Shown here one piece after another: positions 55,620 through 64,000 of a stretch of DNA of 64,000 bases; the stretch's first letter is position 1; the number at the start of each line of letters is the position of its first letter. The stretch spans positions 64,001 through 128,000 of the forward strand of contig CAVOGR010000002.1 in the NCBI GenBank assembly GCA_963695555.1, in the 5' to 3' direction. The notes below the pieces were generated by a model. It made no database searches and had not been told where the DNA came from. It worked only from the letters and a program-made list of their open reading frames with translations. The position numbers and the translations under genes are program-made. The stretch is from an uncultured Gemmatimonadales bacterium. GTDB taxonomy: Bacteria > Gemmatimonadota > Gemmatimonadetes > Gemmatimonadales > GWC2-71-9.

Positions 55620-56268
55620 CGGCCGCCAGCCGGTACTCGGGTGCGGGCCGGCCGGACCGGTAGCCCAACTGCCGGTCGTGGAGCCGGGTCAAGGTGACGA
55701 GCGCCATGATCGCCCCGATGAGCGCGAGCATCATGTCCCATTGCGTATCCCAGATATCCCCCTGCGTGCCGAGGAACGCCTCGGCGGCTTCCCCGGTGGC
55801 CAACGCGGTCCACCATTCGATCAGCTCATATAGGGCGCTGAACGCGAGGCAAATGGAAACTACTACGAATGGGAGCCAGCGGCTTCGGCGCAAGGGAGAG
55901 CGCAGGATGAGGATTTCCCGCACCACGATGGCCGGAATGAAGCCCTGGGCCAAGTGGCCGATCCGGTCGTAATGATTCCTGGAGAACCCAAACCAGTCCT
56001 GCGCCCAGAATCCCAGTGGCACCTCGGCATAGGTGAAGTGCCCACCCACCATCAGGATGATGGCGTGGACCGTAATCAGACCATACGCCAGCGCGGTGAA
56101 TCGGAATCGCCCGTAGATCGCAACGAGAAGGGGCACACCGATGAGGACCGGCGCTACTTCCAACACCCATGTGAACCGGTCGTGTGGGCGGATGCCCGAC
56201 CAGACCAGTACCATGACCAACAGGCTCAGCAGGGCCAGTTCGGTGGTCGACGGACGGGAGCGGGTCAC
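55612..56268 (-). CDS. DUF2238 (YjdF-like) membrane protein
   Basis: GGHFTYAEVPLG, RNHYDRIGH, YELIEW, FLGTQGDIWDTQWDM. Confidence 0.88.
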   Translation of the reverse strand: MTRSRPSTTELALLSLLVMVLVWSGIRPHDRFTWVLEVAPVLIGVPLLVAIYGRFRFTALAYGLITVHAIILMVGGHFTYAEVPLGFWAQDWFGFSRNHYDRIGHLAQGFIPAIVVREILILRSPLRRSRWLPFVVVSICLAFSALYELIEWWTALATGEAAEAFLGTQGDIWDTQWDMMLALIGAIMALVTLTRLHDRQLGYRSGRPAPEYRLAADD

Positions 56269-56298
56269 CGTGGGATCTCGCGGATGGGTTGATCCGCT

Positions 56299-57222
56299 CT
56301 ATGCCTGGCCGGGAAAACCGATCTCGATCACGAGCCCATCCCGGGCGACTTCCGTTTCCGGGAAGACCGCTCGTGCTTCTGCCAAGAGCTCCGGCGCCTC
56401 ACGGCTGTATCGCGCCGAGATGTGGGTCAGCACCAATCGGCTGACCTCGGCGGCGCGGGCGATTTCTGCCGCCTCCAGCGCGGTCGAGTGCCCCGTGCCA
56501 ATGGCGCGGTCGATCTCGTCGTGCCCGAACGTCGCTTCGTGAATCAGGAGATCGGCGTGGCGCGCGGCATCGATGACGGCTGCGTGCGGCCGCGTGTCGC
56601 CGGTGTACACCACGGTGCGGCCCGGCCTGGGCTCGCCGACCAGCCCCTCGGGCCCGACCGTCCGCCCATCCGGCAACTCGACCGTTTCCCCACGGTGGAG
56701 CCGCCCCCAGGCGGGGCCCTCCGGGATACCCAGCTCTTTTGCCCGCTCCGGCTCGAACCGGCCGAGCCGGTCGTGCTCCACCAGGGCATAGCCGACCGTG
56801 TCGGCCCGGTGGTCGGTGGGAAAGACCGCGATGTCGTAATCGCCGCGCGCCAGGCGGTCGCCGGGAGCCACCTCGACGATCTCCACCGGAAACTTGGTTC
56901 GCTCGATGCCCACGTCGAGCGTCGCACCCAAAATTTTCGCGGCGCCCTTCGGCCCATACAGTTTCATGGGTTCGGTCCGCGCCTGAAGGCCCAGCGTCCG
57001 GATGAGTCCAGTCACCCCGAGGAGGTGATCCGAGTGGTAGTGGGTGAAGAAGATTTCGTGAAAGGAAAACCCGACGCCGTAGCGCATCATTTGGCGCTGC
57101 GTGCCCTCGCCGCAGTCGAACAGGAGCATCTCACCCTCCCGTGAGATGGCGAGGCTGCTCACGTTGCGTTCGAGCGTTGGGACGGCGGCCCCGGTGCCCA
57201 AGAAGGTAAGGGTGAGCGACAT
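56299..57222 (-). CDS. rnz: Ribonuclease Z
   Basis: FLGTG, DCGEGTQRQ, THYHSDH, GP-rich exosite, GDT, HEAT, HISARY. Confidence 0.93.
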   Translation of the reverse strand: MSLTLTFLGTGAAVPTLERNVSSLAISREGEMLLFDCGEGTQRQMMRYGVGFSFHEIFFTHYHSDHLLGVTGLIRTLGLQARTEPMKLYGPKGAAKILGATLDVGIERTKFPVEIVEVAPGDRLARGDYDIAVFPTDHRADTVGYALVEHDRLGRFEPERAKELGIPEGPAWGRLHRGETVELPDGRTVGPEGLVGEPRPGRTVVYTGDTRPHAAVIDAARHADLLIHEATFGHDEIDRAIGTGHSTALEAAEIARAAEVSRLVLTHISARYSREAPELLAEARAVFPETEVARDGLVIEIGFPGQA

Positions 57223-57260
57223 AAGCGGCGGTGGGACGTCGGTAGCGCGCGGCGGGTTGG

Positions 57261-58145
57261 CTAGAACAACCGAAGCTGCACCGTGAGTTTCCCCGGCTCC
57301 TTGTTCAACCCGTCGAGGAGCGCCTTGAGCGACTGGGACACGTCGACCATTCCCTTATAGAGCGTGGTATCGGTGGCGAACTTCCCAAGCGTTCCCTCCC
57401 CCTTGTTGATGGCGTTGAGCAGGCTGTCCAGCCGGGCGCCGGTAGTGGTCAACTGCGCCGTCATCTGGGCCACGTTGGCGGTCACCGTATCGAGGTTGGT
57501 CAGGGCCTGTTTGAAGCCCGGGTTGGACAAGGTCGAATCCAGCCGATCGCCCAGGCGCCGGAGCGACGACATGGCCCCGGTCAACTCAGCCGTCGGGCCG
57601 CGGTTGGCGTTGCCGAACGTGTTCATCACCCGTTCCATGGCCACCATCGTCCGATGAAGGTCGTCCGACAGTCCAGAGCTGAGGAGGTCGTGCAGGTCCT
57701 TGAGCACGGCGGAGGCCTGGCTGCCGAGGTCGGCGCCCAACGCGCCGATTCCGCCGTCGACCGTTCCCTTGATCTCGGCGCCCTGCTCCAACGCAACACC
57801 CGAGGTGCCCGGATCGAGCTCCAGGGCCACGTCGCCGACCAGCCCTATGGAGACGACGCGTGCGGTGGCGTCGCTCATCGGCTGGACTCGGTCGGAGTAG
57901 CTGAGCCGCACCAGTACGTCCTCCACCGCGCGGAACTCGATGTTTTCCACCTTCCCGATTTCTACGCCCGACACCCGCACCGGCGAGCCTCGCTTGAGGT
58001 TACCGATGTTGGTGAAATTGGCGTGGATGACGCGGCCCGCAGTTAGGCTCCGCCCACTCAGCCAGATCGTCCCAACCAGGAATATCCCGATCGCCGCGAG
58101 GACGAGCGCACCGACAACGGTTTGTTGCTTGTAATGAAGATCCAT
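57261..58145 (-). CDS. MCE/MlaD family protein
   Basis: TM helix plus LKRGSPVRVSGVEIGKV; GEGTLGK helical tail. Confidence 0.88.
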   Translation of the reverse strand: MDLHYKQQTVVGALVLAAIGIFLVGTIWLSGRSLTAGRVIHANFTNIGNLKRGSPVRVSGVEIGKVENIEFRAVEDVLVRLSYSDRVQPMSDATARVVSIGLVGDVALELDPGTSGVALEQGAEIKGTVDGGIGALGADLGSQASAVLKDLHDLLSSGLSDDLHRTMVAMERVMNTFGNANRGPTAELTGAMSSLRRLGDRLDSTLSNPGFKQALTNLDTVTANVAQMTAQLTTTGARLDSLLNAINKGEGTLGKFATDTTLYKGMVDVSQSLKALLDGLNKEPGKLTVQLRLF

Positions 58146-58154
58146 GAGTCAGAC

Positions 58155-58907
58155 TCAGGCCGCGTAGGAGGTGTCTTCGAAATCTCGCTCGAGGAACGCC
58201 TTGACGCGCGGATCCTCGGATTCCAAGAATTCTCTTTGGGTACCCTGGAGTGCGATCTTGCCCTTGGTCAGGAGGGCGATTCGATCGGCGACGCGAAACG
58301 CGCCCCGCACGTCGTGCGTAACCATCACGCTGGTAACGCCGAGCGCATCCGCAAGGTGGGTGACCAGATTGTCGATGATGTCCGCATTGAGCGGGTCGAG
58401 TCCCGACGTCGGTTCGTCGTACAGCAAGTACTTGGGCTGGCCTGCAATGGCCCGTGCGATGCCTACGCGCTTCCGCATACCACCCGACAACTCGGCGGGA
58501 TATTTCTTCGCCACGTCGGGCTCGAGGTTGACCAGCGCCAGACACTCCGGCACCCGCTGGCGGGAATAGACCATGTCGTTGTACTGAGTGAGGTCCGACA
58601 GGCCGAATCGAATGTTCTCAAACACGCTCATCGAATCGAACAGCGCACCATTCTGGAAGACGTAGCCGATCTTTGACCGCAGGGTCGAGAGTTCCTTCCG
58701 CCTGAGGGACGGCACATTCTTGCCATCGACGACGATGTTGCCCGAATCCGGGTGCAGCAGCCCGTTGATGTGCTTGAGCAGCACGCTCTTGCCGGTGCCC
58801 GATTCGCCGAGGAGGGCAACGGTTTCGCCCTCCTGCACGCTAAAGTCGACACCGTCCAGGACGATCTGTTCGCCGAAGCGTTTGTGGACGTCGAGTAGCT
58901 CGATCAT
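58155..58907 (-). CDS. MlaF-like ABC ATPase
   Basis: GESGTGKS, FQNGALFDS, LSGGMRKR, YDEPTSGLD; start at ATG 58907. Confidence 0.9.
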   Translation of the reverse strand: MIELLDVHKRFGEQIVLDGVDFSVQEGETVALLGESGTGKSVLLKHINGLLHPDSGNIVVDGKNVPSLRRKELSTLRSKIGYVFQNGALFDSMSVFENIRFGLSDLTQYNDMVYSRQRVPECLALVNLEPDVAKKYPAELSGGMRKRVGIARAIAGQPKYLLYDEPTSGLDPLNADIIDNLVTHLADALGVTSVMVTHDVRGAFRVADRIALLTKGKIALQGTQREFLESEDPRVKAFLERDFEDTSYAA

Positions 58908-59692
58908 TAGTGCAACAGAACCTGGGCCAAGAGGGTGTCGAGCAGGAGAATCATGACCGAACTCATCACCACGGCCGCTGTGGTGGCCTTCCCGACTCCT
59001 TCGGCACCTTGCTGGGTCGTGAACCCCATGTAACAAGGAATGATGGTAATCGACCCGGCAAAGAAGAACGCCTTGATCAGCGAATAGTACGCGTCGAACG
59101 TGTGCCAGAAGGCCCGGGCGCCGTAGGCAAAGTCCGCATCGGTCAGCGGCAACACCTGGCGGGCAAACCACCACCCGGATACGACGCCGATCAGATCAGC
59201 GATCACCACCAGCACCGGCACCATGATCAAACCGGCCAGCACCCGTGGAATGACCAGATACGACGCCGGCGACCGCCCCAGGCTCTCCAACGCGTCGATC
59301 TGTTCCGTCACCCGCATGGTCCCCAGCTCGGCGGCATACCGGGCGCCGATCCGGCCGGCCAGAATGAGCCCGGTCAGCACCGGCCCGAGCTCCAGCACCA
59401 CCGATTCCACGACCAGGCTGCCGACGACGTAATACGGAATGTTGCCGGTGAACTGGTAGCCGGCCTGAAGCGCCGTCACCGCCCCGGCAAAACCCGACAC
59501 CAAGATGACGATGAACAGGCTTCCCGCGCCAACATTGTACGCTTCGCGCACTGTCAGGGGTAGCCAGGTGCGGACCTGGCCCAGGGCTCGCACCGACTCC
59601 GCCACGAGCAGGCTCACCCGTCCCACGTGATCGAAGGTGCCGAGGAGGCCGCGGCCGATCGCGTGGGGGAATCGCAGGAGCAGTGAGGTCAT
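58907..59692 (-). CDS. MlaE family ABC permease
   Basis: ELGPVLT, AELGTMRVTEQIDAL, GAEGVGKATT. Confidence 0.9.
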   Translation of the reverse strand: MTSLLLRFPHAIGRGLLGTFDHVGRVSLLVAESVRALGQVRTWLPLTVREAYNVGAGSLFIVILVSGFAGAVTALQAGYQFTGNIPYYVVGSLVVESVVLELGPVLTGLILAGRIGARYAAELGTMRVTEQIDALESLGRSPASYLVIPRVLAGLIMVPVLVVIADLIGVVSGWWFARQVLPLTDADFAYGARAFWHTFDAYYSLIKAFFFAGSITIIPCYMGFTTQQGAEGVGKATTAAVVMSSVMILLLDTLLAQVLLH

Positions 59693-59787
59693 TCGATCTC
59701 GCGGTGCGGGTGCCAACGGCCTAACGCCTGAAGGTGGAGGGTCATAGCGCTCGACCGCCCCCCGGGCAGGCTGTATCTTGGAGCAAC

Positions 59788-60516
59788 ATGGCGTCGAAGT
59801 CTACCCCTCCTGCCCTCCCCCACGCCGCCGCATTCCGCCAGAGACTCGTCCGCTGGTTCCGCCGCCACGGACGGGACTTGCCCTGGCGCCGGACTCGCGA
59901 TCCGTACCGTATCGCGGTCTCCGAGTTCATGCTGCAGCAAACCCAGGTCGGGCGCGTTCACGAGTACTACCAGGCCTTCCTGGCCAAGTACCCCACCATC
60001 CACGCCCTCGCTCGGGCGCGCCCGCGAGGCGTCCGGGAGTCGTGGGAGGGACTCGGCTATTACCGGCGCGCCACCAACCTCCATCGGCTGGCCCGGACCG
60101 TGGTCGAGCACCACGACGGAATCATTCCGGTGGACCCCGACCAACTGCGCGCCCTGCCCGGCGTGGGCCGGTATACCGCGGGGGCGGTCGCTTCGTTCGC
60201 CTACGAGCGGGCTACCCCGGTGGTCGATACCAACGTCGCTCGGGTGCTGCGACGCGCGTTCCACCCTCGGGCTAAGAACTCTCCGAACCTGGCTCTCTTC
60301 TGGGAAACGGCTGGTCGGCTCATGCCGAAGCGGGGGAAGTCGGCCTGGGTCTTCAATCAGGCCATCATGGAACTCGGCGCGCTCGTATGCACGGCGCGAG
60401 TGGCAAAGTGCGGGATTTGTCCGGTACGGGGAGTGTGTAAGACCGGCCGCGCTACTTTACGCCGGCCCAAAGGCCGAGCAAGGCCACGGCCAGCGAAACC
60501 ACGCCGATCGCGGTGA
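59788..60516 (+). CDS. mutY: A/G-specific adenine glycosylase, short form
   Basis: RDLPWR, SEFMLQQT, WEGLGYY, HhH LPGVGRYTA, VDTNV, CTAR..C..CP..C. Confidence 0.88.
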   Translation: MASKSTPPALPHAAAFRQRLVRWFRRHGRDLPWRRTRDPYRIAVSEFMLQQTQVGRVHEYYQAFLAKYPTIHALARARPRGVRESWEGLGYYRRATNLHRLARTVVEHHDGIIPVDPDQLRALPGVGRYTAGAVASFAYERATPVVDTNVARVLRRAFHPRAKNSPNLALFWETAGRLMPKRGKSAWVFNQAIMELGALVCTARVAKCGICPVRGVCKTGRATLRRPKGRARPRPAKPRRSR

Positions 60517-60883
60517 GGCGGCCGCGCAGCATGAGAAAGTAGGGCACGCTCTCGCCGACGGGGTTGATGCGCGACAGCTTGACCCCTATCGGCAGCGCGA
60601 TGAGCAGCACCACGATCGCTCCGACGAACCCGGCGACCTGCATAACCACGAGCCATAGCTCGACGTAGTACCGCTGGATCGTCAGAATCAGCCCGGTCAA
60701 GAGTGTCACCAAGGCCCCGGGCGCCACCACCTTGCGCAGAATGGCGACGCGGATCCGCGCCACAGCGCCGAAGATGGACGGGTCTTCCCGCTTGGCGGCC
60801 GCCAGAATGATCAGGTTGGCCACCTCCCCACCGATCCAGAGCGAGAGGCCAACCCAATGGGCGAAGAGCATGAAGAGGCGCAT
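60452..60883 (-). CDS. Four-TM membrane protein
   Basis: Hydrophobic helices with FAHWVG..WIGG; co-directional with the DUF2203 gene. Confidence 0.7.
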   Translation of the reverse strand: MRLFMLFAHWVGLSLWIGGEVANLIILAAAKREDPSIFGAVARIRVAILRKVVAPGALVTLLTGLILTIQRYYVELWLVVMQVAGFVGAIVVLLIALPIGVKLSRINPVGESVPYFLMLRGRLTAIGVVSLAVALLGLWAGVK

Positions 60884-60896
60884 GAGAGGGCGTGGG

Positions 60897-61322
60897 TTAC
60901 TGGGTTGGTTCGGCCAGGAGCGCGGCGTCGATCGGCTGCCGGCCGGCAAAGCCGGCGTCGACCTCGTGCCAATAGGCAATATGATGTTCGCCGAGCTTCC
61001 AGCATAGGTAGACCAAGCGATCTTCGCGCAGGGCGTAGAAATCCACCAAGCCGTTCTCGAACCCTTTGAAGAGGCAGCCTATCTGTTCGAGTTCGTCGAG
61101 GAAGGCGTTGATGCGGCCGGCGTGCGTCATGACCTGCTCACGAGCCTGGACCAGCTCCTCCGTCTCACCATCTTCGGCTCGGGCCTTACCGGACAAAATC
61201 TCATACTGCGCCAACGCAGCCCGCCAGCGTGGGTACTCCTGCGTGAGATCACGAACCACCCGGCGCACCAGCGGCAGGGTGTGCTCGGCTTCGGCTATAG
61301 TAAAGATCTTCGGCTCGCTCAT
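60897..61322 (-). CDS. DUF2203 family protein
   Basis: FTIAEA..LPLV, GLVDF, YLCWKLGE, WH..AGFAGRQP. Confidence 0.88.
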   Translation of the reverse strand: MSEPKIFTIAEAEHTLPLVRRVVRDLTQEYPRWRAALAQYEILSGKARAEDGETEELVQAREQVMTHAGRINAFLDELEQIGCLFKGFENGLVDFYALREDRLVYLCWKLGEHHIAYWHEVDAGFAGRQPIDAALLAEPTQ

Positions 61323-61400
61323 GGTAATACTGGCTCCGAGGCTCCAGATCCATTTCGATCAGGCATGCCCCGAGGGAATCTGGCTCCTGAATCTCTGTGG

Positions 61401-62258
61401 TCAAGCTCCCGACGAGGATTGGAAGTCCCGCAAAGCGTCCGCTGCAGCCCGATAGCCTTCCGCAGCGTACGACTCCACCGCATCGATTCGAAAGGTTGCA
61501 CCGCGCTCGACCCGCGGCCGAATGTACACGAGCTTCGGGCGGCTTCGTCCAGCCGCACTTTGTGAACGCCAGAGCGACATCTGGAGCTGAGTGTTGGTGG
61601 CCATGAGGATCGCGGTCGCCTCGTTGTACGCCGCAACCAAACGCGGCACCGCACGCGGAGCCGTCGATTCCGGTTCATCGAACCCGGGGCCAACATCGAC
61701 TGCCACGATGAGATCCGCGTCGACTCCGCCCACACCTTCGAGCGGCAGGACGGCCCGGAGGCCGCCGTCGGCGTAGCGCCGCCCTCCAATCACGGCCGGC
61801 GGGTAATAGAGCGGCAGAGCCACCGTCGCGTAGAGTGCGTCTACGAGCGGCACGTCCCGCCCGCGGGCGCCGAACCACACCAGCTCCCGACTGTCGAGAT
61901 CGGTGGCCGCGACGGTCAGCGGTATCCGGCAGCCGTCGAAGCTCCGCACCGGCACGAGACGCTCGATCGTGCGGCGAAGTGGCGCCTCGCGTAACAGCGA
62001 CCGGGCGCGAAGTCCGGGCAAGAGGGCGCCCGGATTGAGCGAGGCGATATCGCGACGTCGGAGCCGTCGAACATCGTGGACCAATTCATCAAGCGTCCGG
62101 CCGCCGGCCAGCGCCGCCCCGATCACTGCTCCCATCGAAGTCGCGACACAGGCCACGATTTCGAGTCCGGCCTCCGTGATCGCCCGCCATGCCCCGACCT
62201 GGGCCGCCGTCTTGGCCCCGCCGCCGCTCAGGACGAGAACGGCCCGAGTCCCATTCAC
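61401..62258 (-). CDS. Patatin-like phospholipase
   Basis: LSGGGAK, ATSMG (GxSxG variant), DGG. Confidence 0.87.
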   Translation of the reverse strand: MNGTRAVLVLSGGGAKTAAQVGAWRAITEAGLEIVACVATSMGAVIGAALAGGRTLDELVHDVRRLRRRDIASLNPGALLPGLRARSLLREAPLRRTIERLVPVRSFDGCRIPLTVAATDLDSRELVWFGARGRDVPLVDALYATVALPLYYPPAVIGGRRYADGGLRAVLPLEGVGGVDADLIVAVDVGPGFDEPESTAPRAVPRLVAAYNEATAILMATNTQLQMSLWRSQSAAGRSRPKLVYIRPRVERGATFRIDAVESYAAEGYRAAADALRDFQSSSGA

Positions 62259-62722
62259 GTCGAGCGGCCTCGTTTCTCCCGGTACAGCCGGGCACGCTCG
62301 AAACGAGCCTGCTCTTCTTCTGACTCCGGAATGAGACGCGGCACGCGCCGAGGTTTCCGTTGCTCGTCGATTGCCACAAATACGACGTGCGCGGTATGCG
62401 TGTGCCGGCGGACTCCCGTGCTCACCGTCTCGGCATACACCTCCACGGTAATGTCCATCGACGAGTTGCCGACGTAATCGACCGACCCCATGCAGGTCAC
62501 CAGGGCGCCGATGGGGATGGGCTCTCGAAAATCAACCCGGTCGATACTGGCCGTGACTGCGGCACCGCCGGCATGCCGGATCGCCGCCACCGCGGCCGCC
62601 TGATCGACCATCGCCATGATCTGCCCGCCGAACAGGTCGCCCAGCACATTCTGCATGTGCGGCATCGCGAGCTGGGTCAGCTCGGAGCGGGAGAATGACA
62701 TGGGGCGGGACGATGGGGTCAT
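62255..62722 (-). CDS. Acyl-CoA thioesterase (hotdog fold)
   Basis: LFGGQIMAMVD, VTASID.VDF, VGNSSM, FVAID. Confidence 0.9.
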   Translation of the reverse strand: MTPSSRPMSFSRSELTQLAMPHMQNVLGDLFGGQIMAMVDQAAAVAAIRHAGGAAVTASIDRVDFREPIPIGALVTCMGSVDYVGNSSMDITVEVYAETVSTGVRRHTHTAHVVFVAIDEQRKPRRVPRLIPESEEEQARFERARLYREKRGRST

Positions 62723-62846
62723 GAGCGAGAAGCAGGGAGTAGGAAGTAGGAAGTAGGGTGTAGGTGTAGCCTGTGAGGTAGCAAGATGAACGACAAGTGA
62801 ACTTCGTCTCCTACCAACTGCTCGCCTACATCCTACAACACTGCGT

Positions 62847-64000
62847 CTAATAATCCACCGGCCGGAGGTAGTACTCGCCGATCGCGGTGTGGCTCAGCAT
62901 GGCGACGGTGGGGAGGCGACGTTTCCAGTGGGTGGATTCGAGCCGGTGGCGGACCAGCTCCACGTCCCGTTCATCGAAGCCTCGCGCGACGACTTCGGAC
63001 GCGCGATAGCCCTGTAACAGCCAGTGGAGTATCGCGTCGGCCTTATGGTAGGAAATCCCGAGATCTTCTTCGTCGGTTTGTCCGCGGATCAGATCAGCCG
63101 TGGCAGGCTTGGACACGATTTCCTCCGGCACGCCGATGTGCTTGGCCAGAACCCACACTTGAGTCTTGAACAAGTCGCCGATGGGGTTGACCGGCGGCGA
63201 GTCGTCCGCATGCCATGTGAAGTACCCGAACAGGCGTTCCGTCTTGTTTCCCGTGCCCAGCGGCAGCGCGTCGAGTTCGGCCGAAAGATCGAACATCGTG
63301 ATCATACGACAGCGCGCCATGATGTTGCCCCGCCTGGTGGGGCTCACGTCACGCCCGATGCCACGAACCAACCCGTCGACCCCCTCGGTTATGTCCACCG
63401 TCCGACTTTCGATGCCCAACGCGTCGATGACCAATTGCGCGTGGTGCAGGCTTTCGGGACTCGACGAGCGATACGGCATGCGAAGGCCGATCACGTTGGA
63501 CGGACCGAGGGCCTCCGCCGCGAGGAACGCCACCAATGAACTGTCGACGCCGCCGGAGAGGCCGATGATGCCCTTCTGGAACCCGCGGCGGCGGGCGACC
63601 TCGTCACGGATGAACTCCACCAGCCACCGCCGGGTGAGCTCGGCGTCGATCGCCAGCGGGTCCTCTTCATCGGAAAGGATCACGCGGGTGCTTGACATGG
63701 GCGCCCGCGCCGCCCGAACGGGTCGCACCGGCCGCGGACGCGGACGGCCATCGCCCGTCGAGCGTACTAGGTGCGGCCACTTGATTTCGAGATCGGCGAG
63801 CAGAGGCATATCGGCCCGCGAGCGCGTGATTTCGTCGAAGTCGAGCGTCGCGGGCAGAATTGCCGGCTCGAAGACGGGTCCGCGAACCAGGAGGTCGCCT
63901 CTGGGCCCCGCGACGAACGACCCGCCGGCGAAGCCTTTGCCGCCCTCGAAGCCCACGAGTTGAGACACGGCAACGTAAATCCCATGCTCCGACGCCATGT
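62847..64000 (-). CDS. nadE: NAD+ synthetase with an N-terminal nitrilase-like domain (5' end beyond the window)
   Basis: GLSGGVDS, GNIMARCRM, GTGNKTE, PIGDLFKTQV, ATADL..GQTDE. Confidence 0.92.
   Translation of the reverse strand, partial: MASEHGIYVAVSQLVGFEGGKGFAGGSFVAGPRGDLLVRGPVFEPAILPATLDFDEITRSRADMPLLADLEIKWPHLVRSTGDGRPRPRPVRPVRAARAPMSSTRVILSDEEDPLAIDAELTRRWLVEFIRDEVARRRGFQKGIIGLSGGVDSSLVAFLAAEALGPSNVIGLRMPYRSSSPESLHHAQLVIDALGIESRTVDITEGVDGLVRGIGRDVSPTRRGNIMARCRMITMFDLSAELDALPLGTGNKTERLFGYFTWHADDSPPVNPIGDLFKTQVWVLAKHIGVPEEIVSKPATADLIRGQTDEEDLGISYHKADAILHWLLQGYRASEVVARGFDERDVELVRHRLESTHWKRRLPTVAMLSHTAIGEYYLRPVDY

Overview
High-GC bacterial chromosomal window. Gene content and style suggest Gemmatimonadota, which is an inference. 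It holds about 60 credible CDS and two tRNAs (Gln-CTG, Ala-CGC). I saw no CRISPR array, integrase, transposase or rRNA. The two most notable systems are: (1) a six-gene operon at 36093-44099 combining an HD-fold protein whose HD motif is altered, a PrpD-family dehydratase (frameshifted), a fungal Lys4/LysF-like homoaconitase, a beta-decarboxylating dehydrogenase, a CitD-CitE fusion and CitF, without citC/citG/citX in the window. It looks like an undescribed homocitrate (or other citrate-analogue) lyase pathway. (2) a heme-copper oxidase-superfamily operon at 23770-27564 whose active-site Tyr is replaced by Gln (eNOR-type NO reductase). It includes a 57-aa subunit missing from the ORF track and an Rrf2 regulator, and is divergent from a cytochrome b/ferredoxin/MvhD fusion. 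Non-coding structure read from the sequence includes: back-to-back ECF promoters with identical -35/-10 boxes; a sigma54/IHF/UAS promoter; twin palindromic operators; CarH-like 11-bp-spaced motifs; inverted copies of the tRNA-Gln 3' end next to an XRE islet; and many 7-mer tandem arrays, some of which supply gene C-termini. All family calls come from motif recognition, not database searches.
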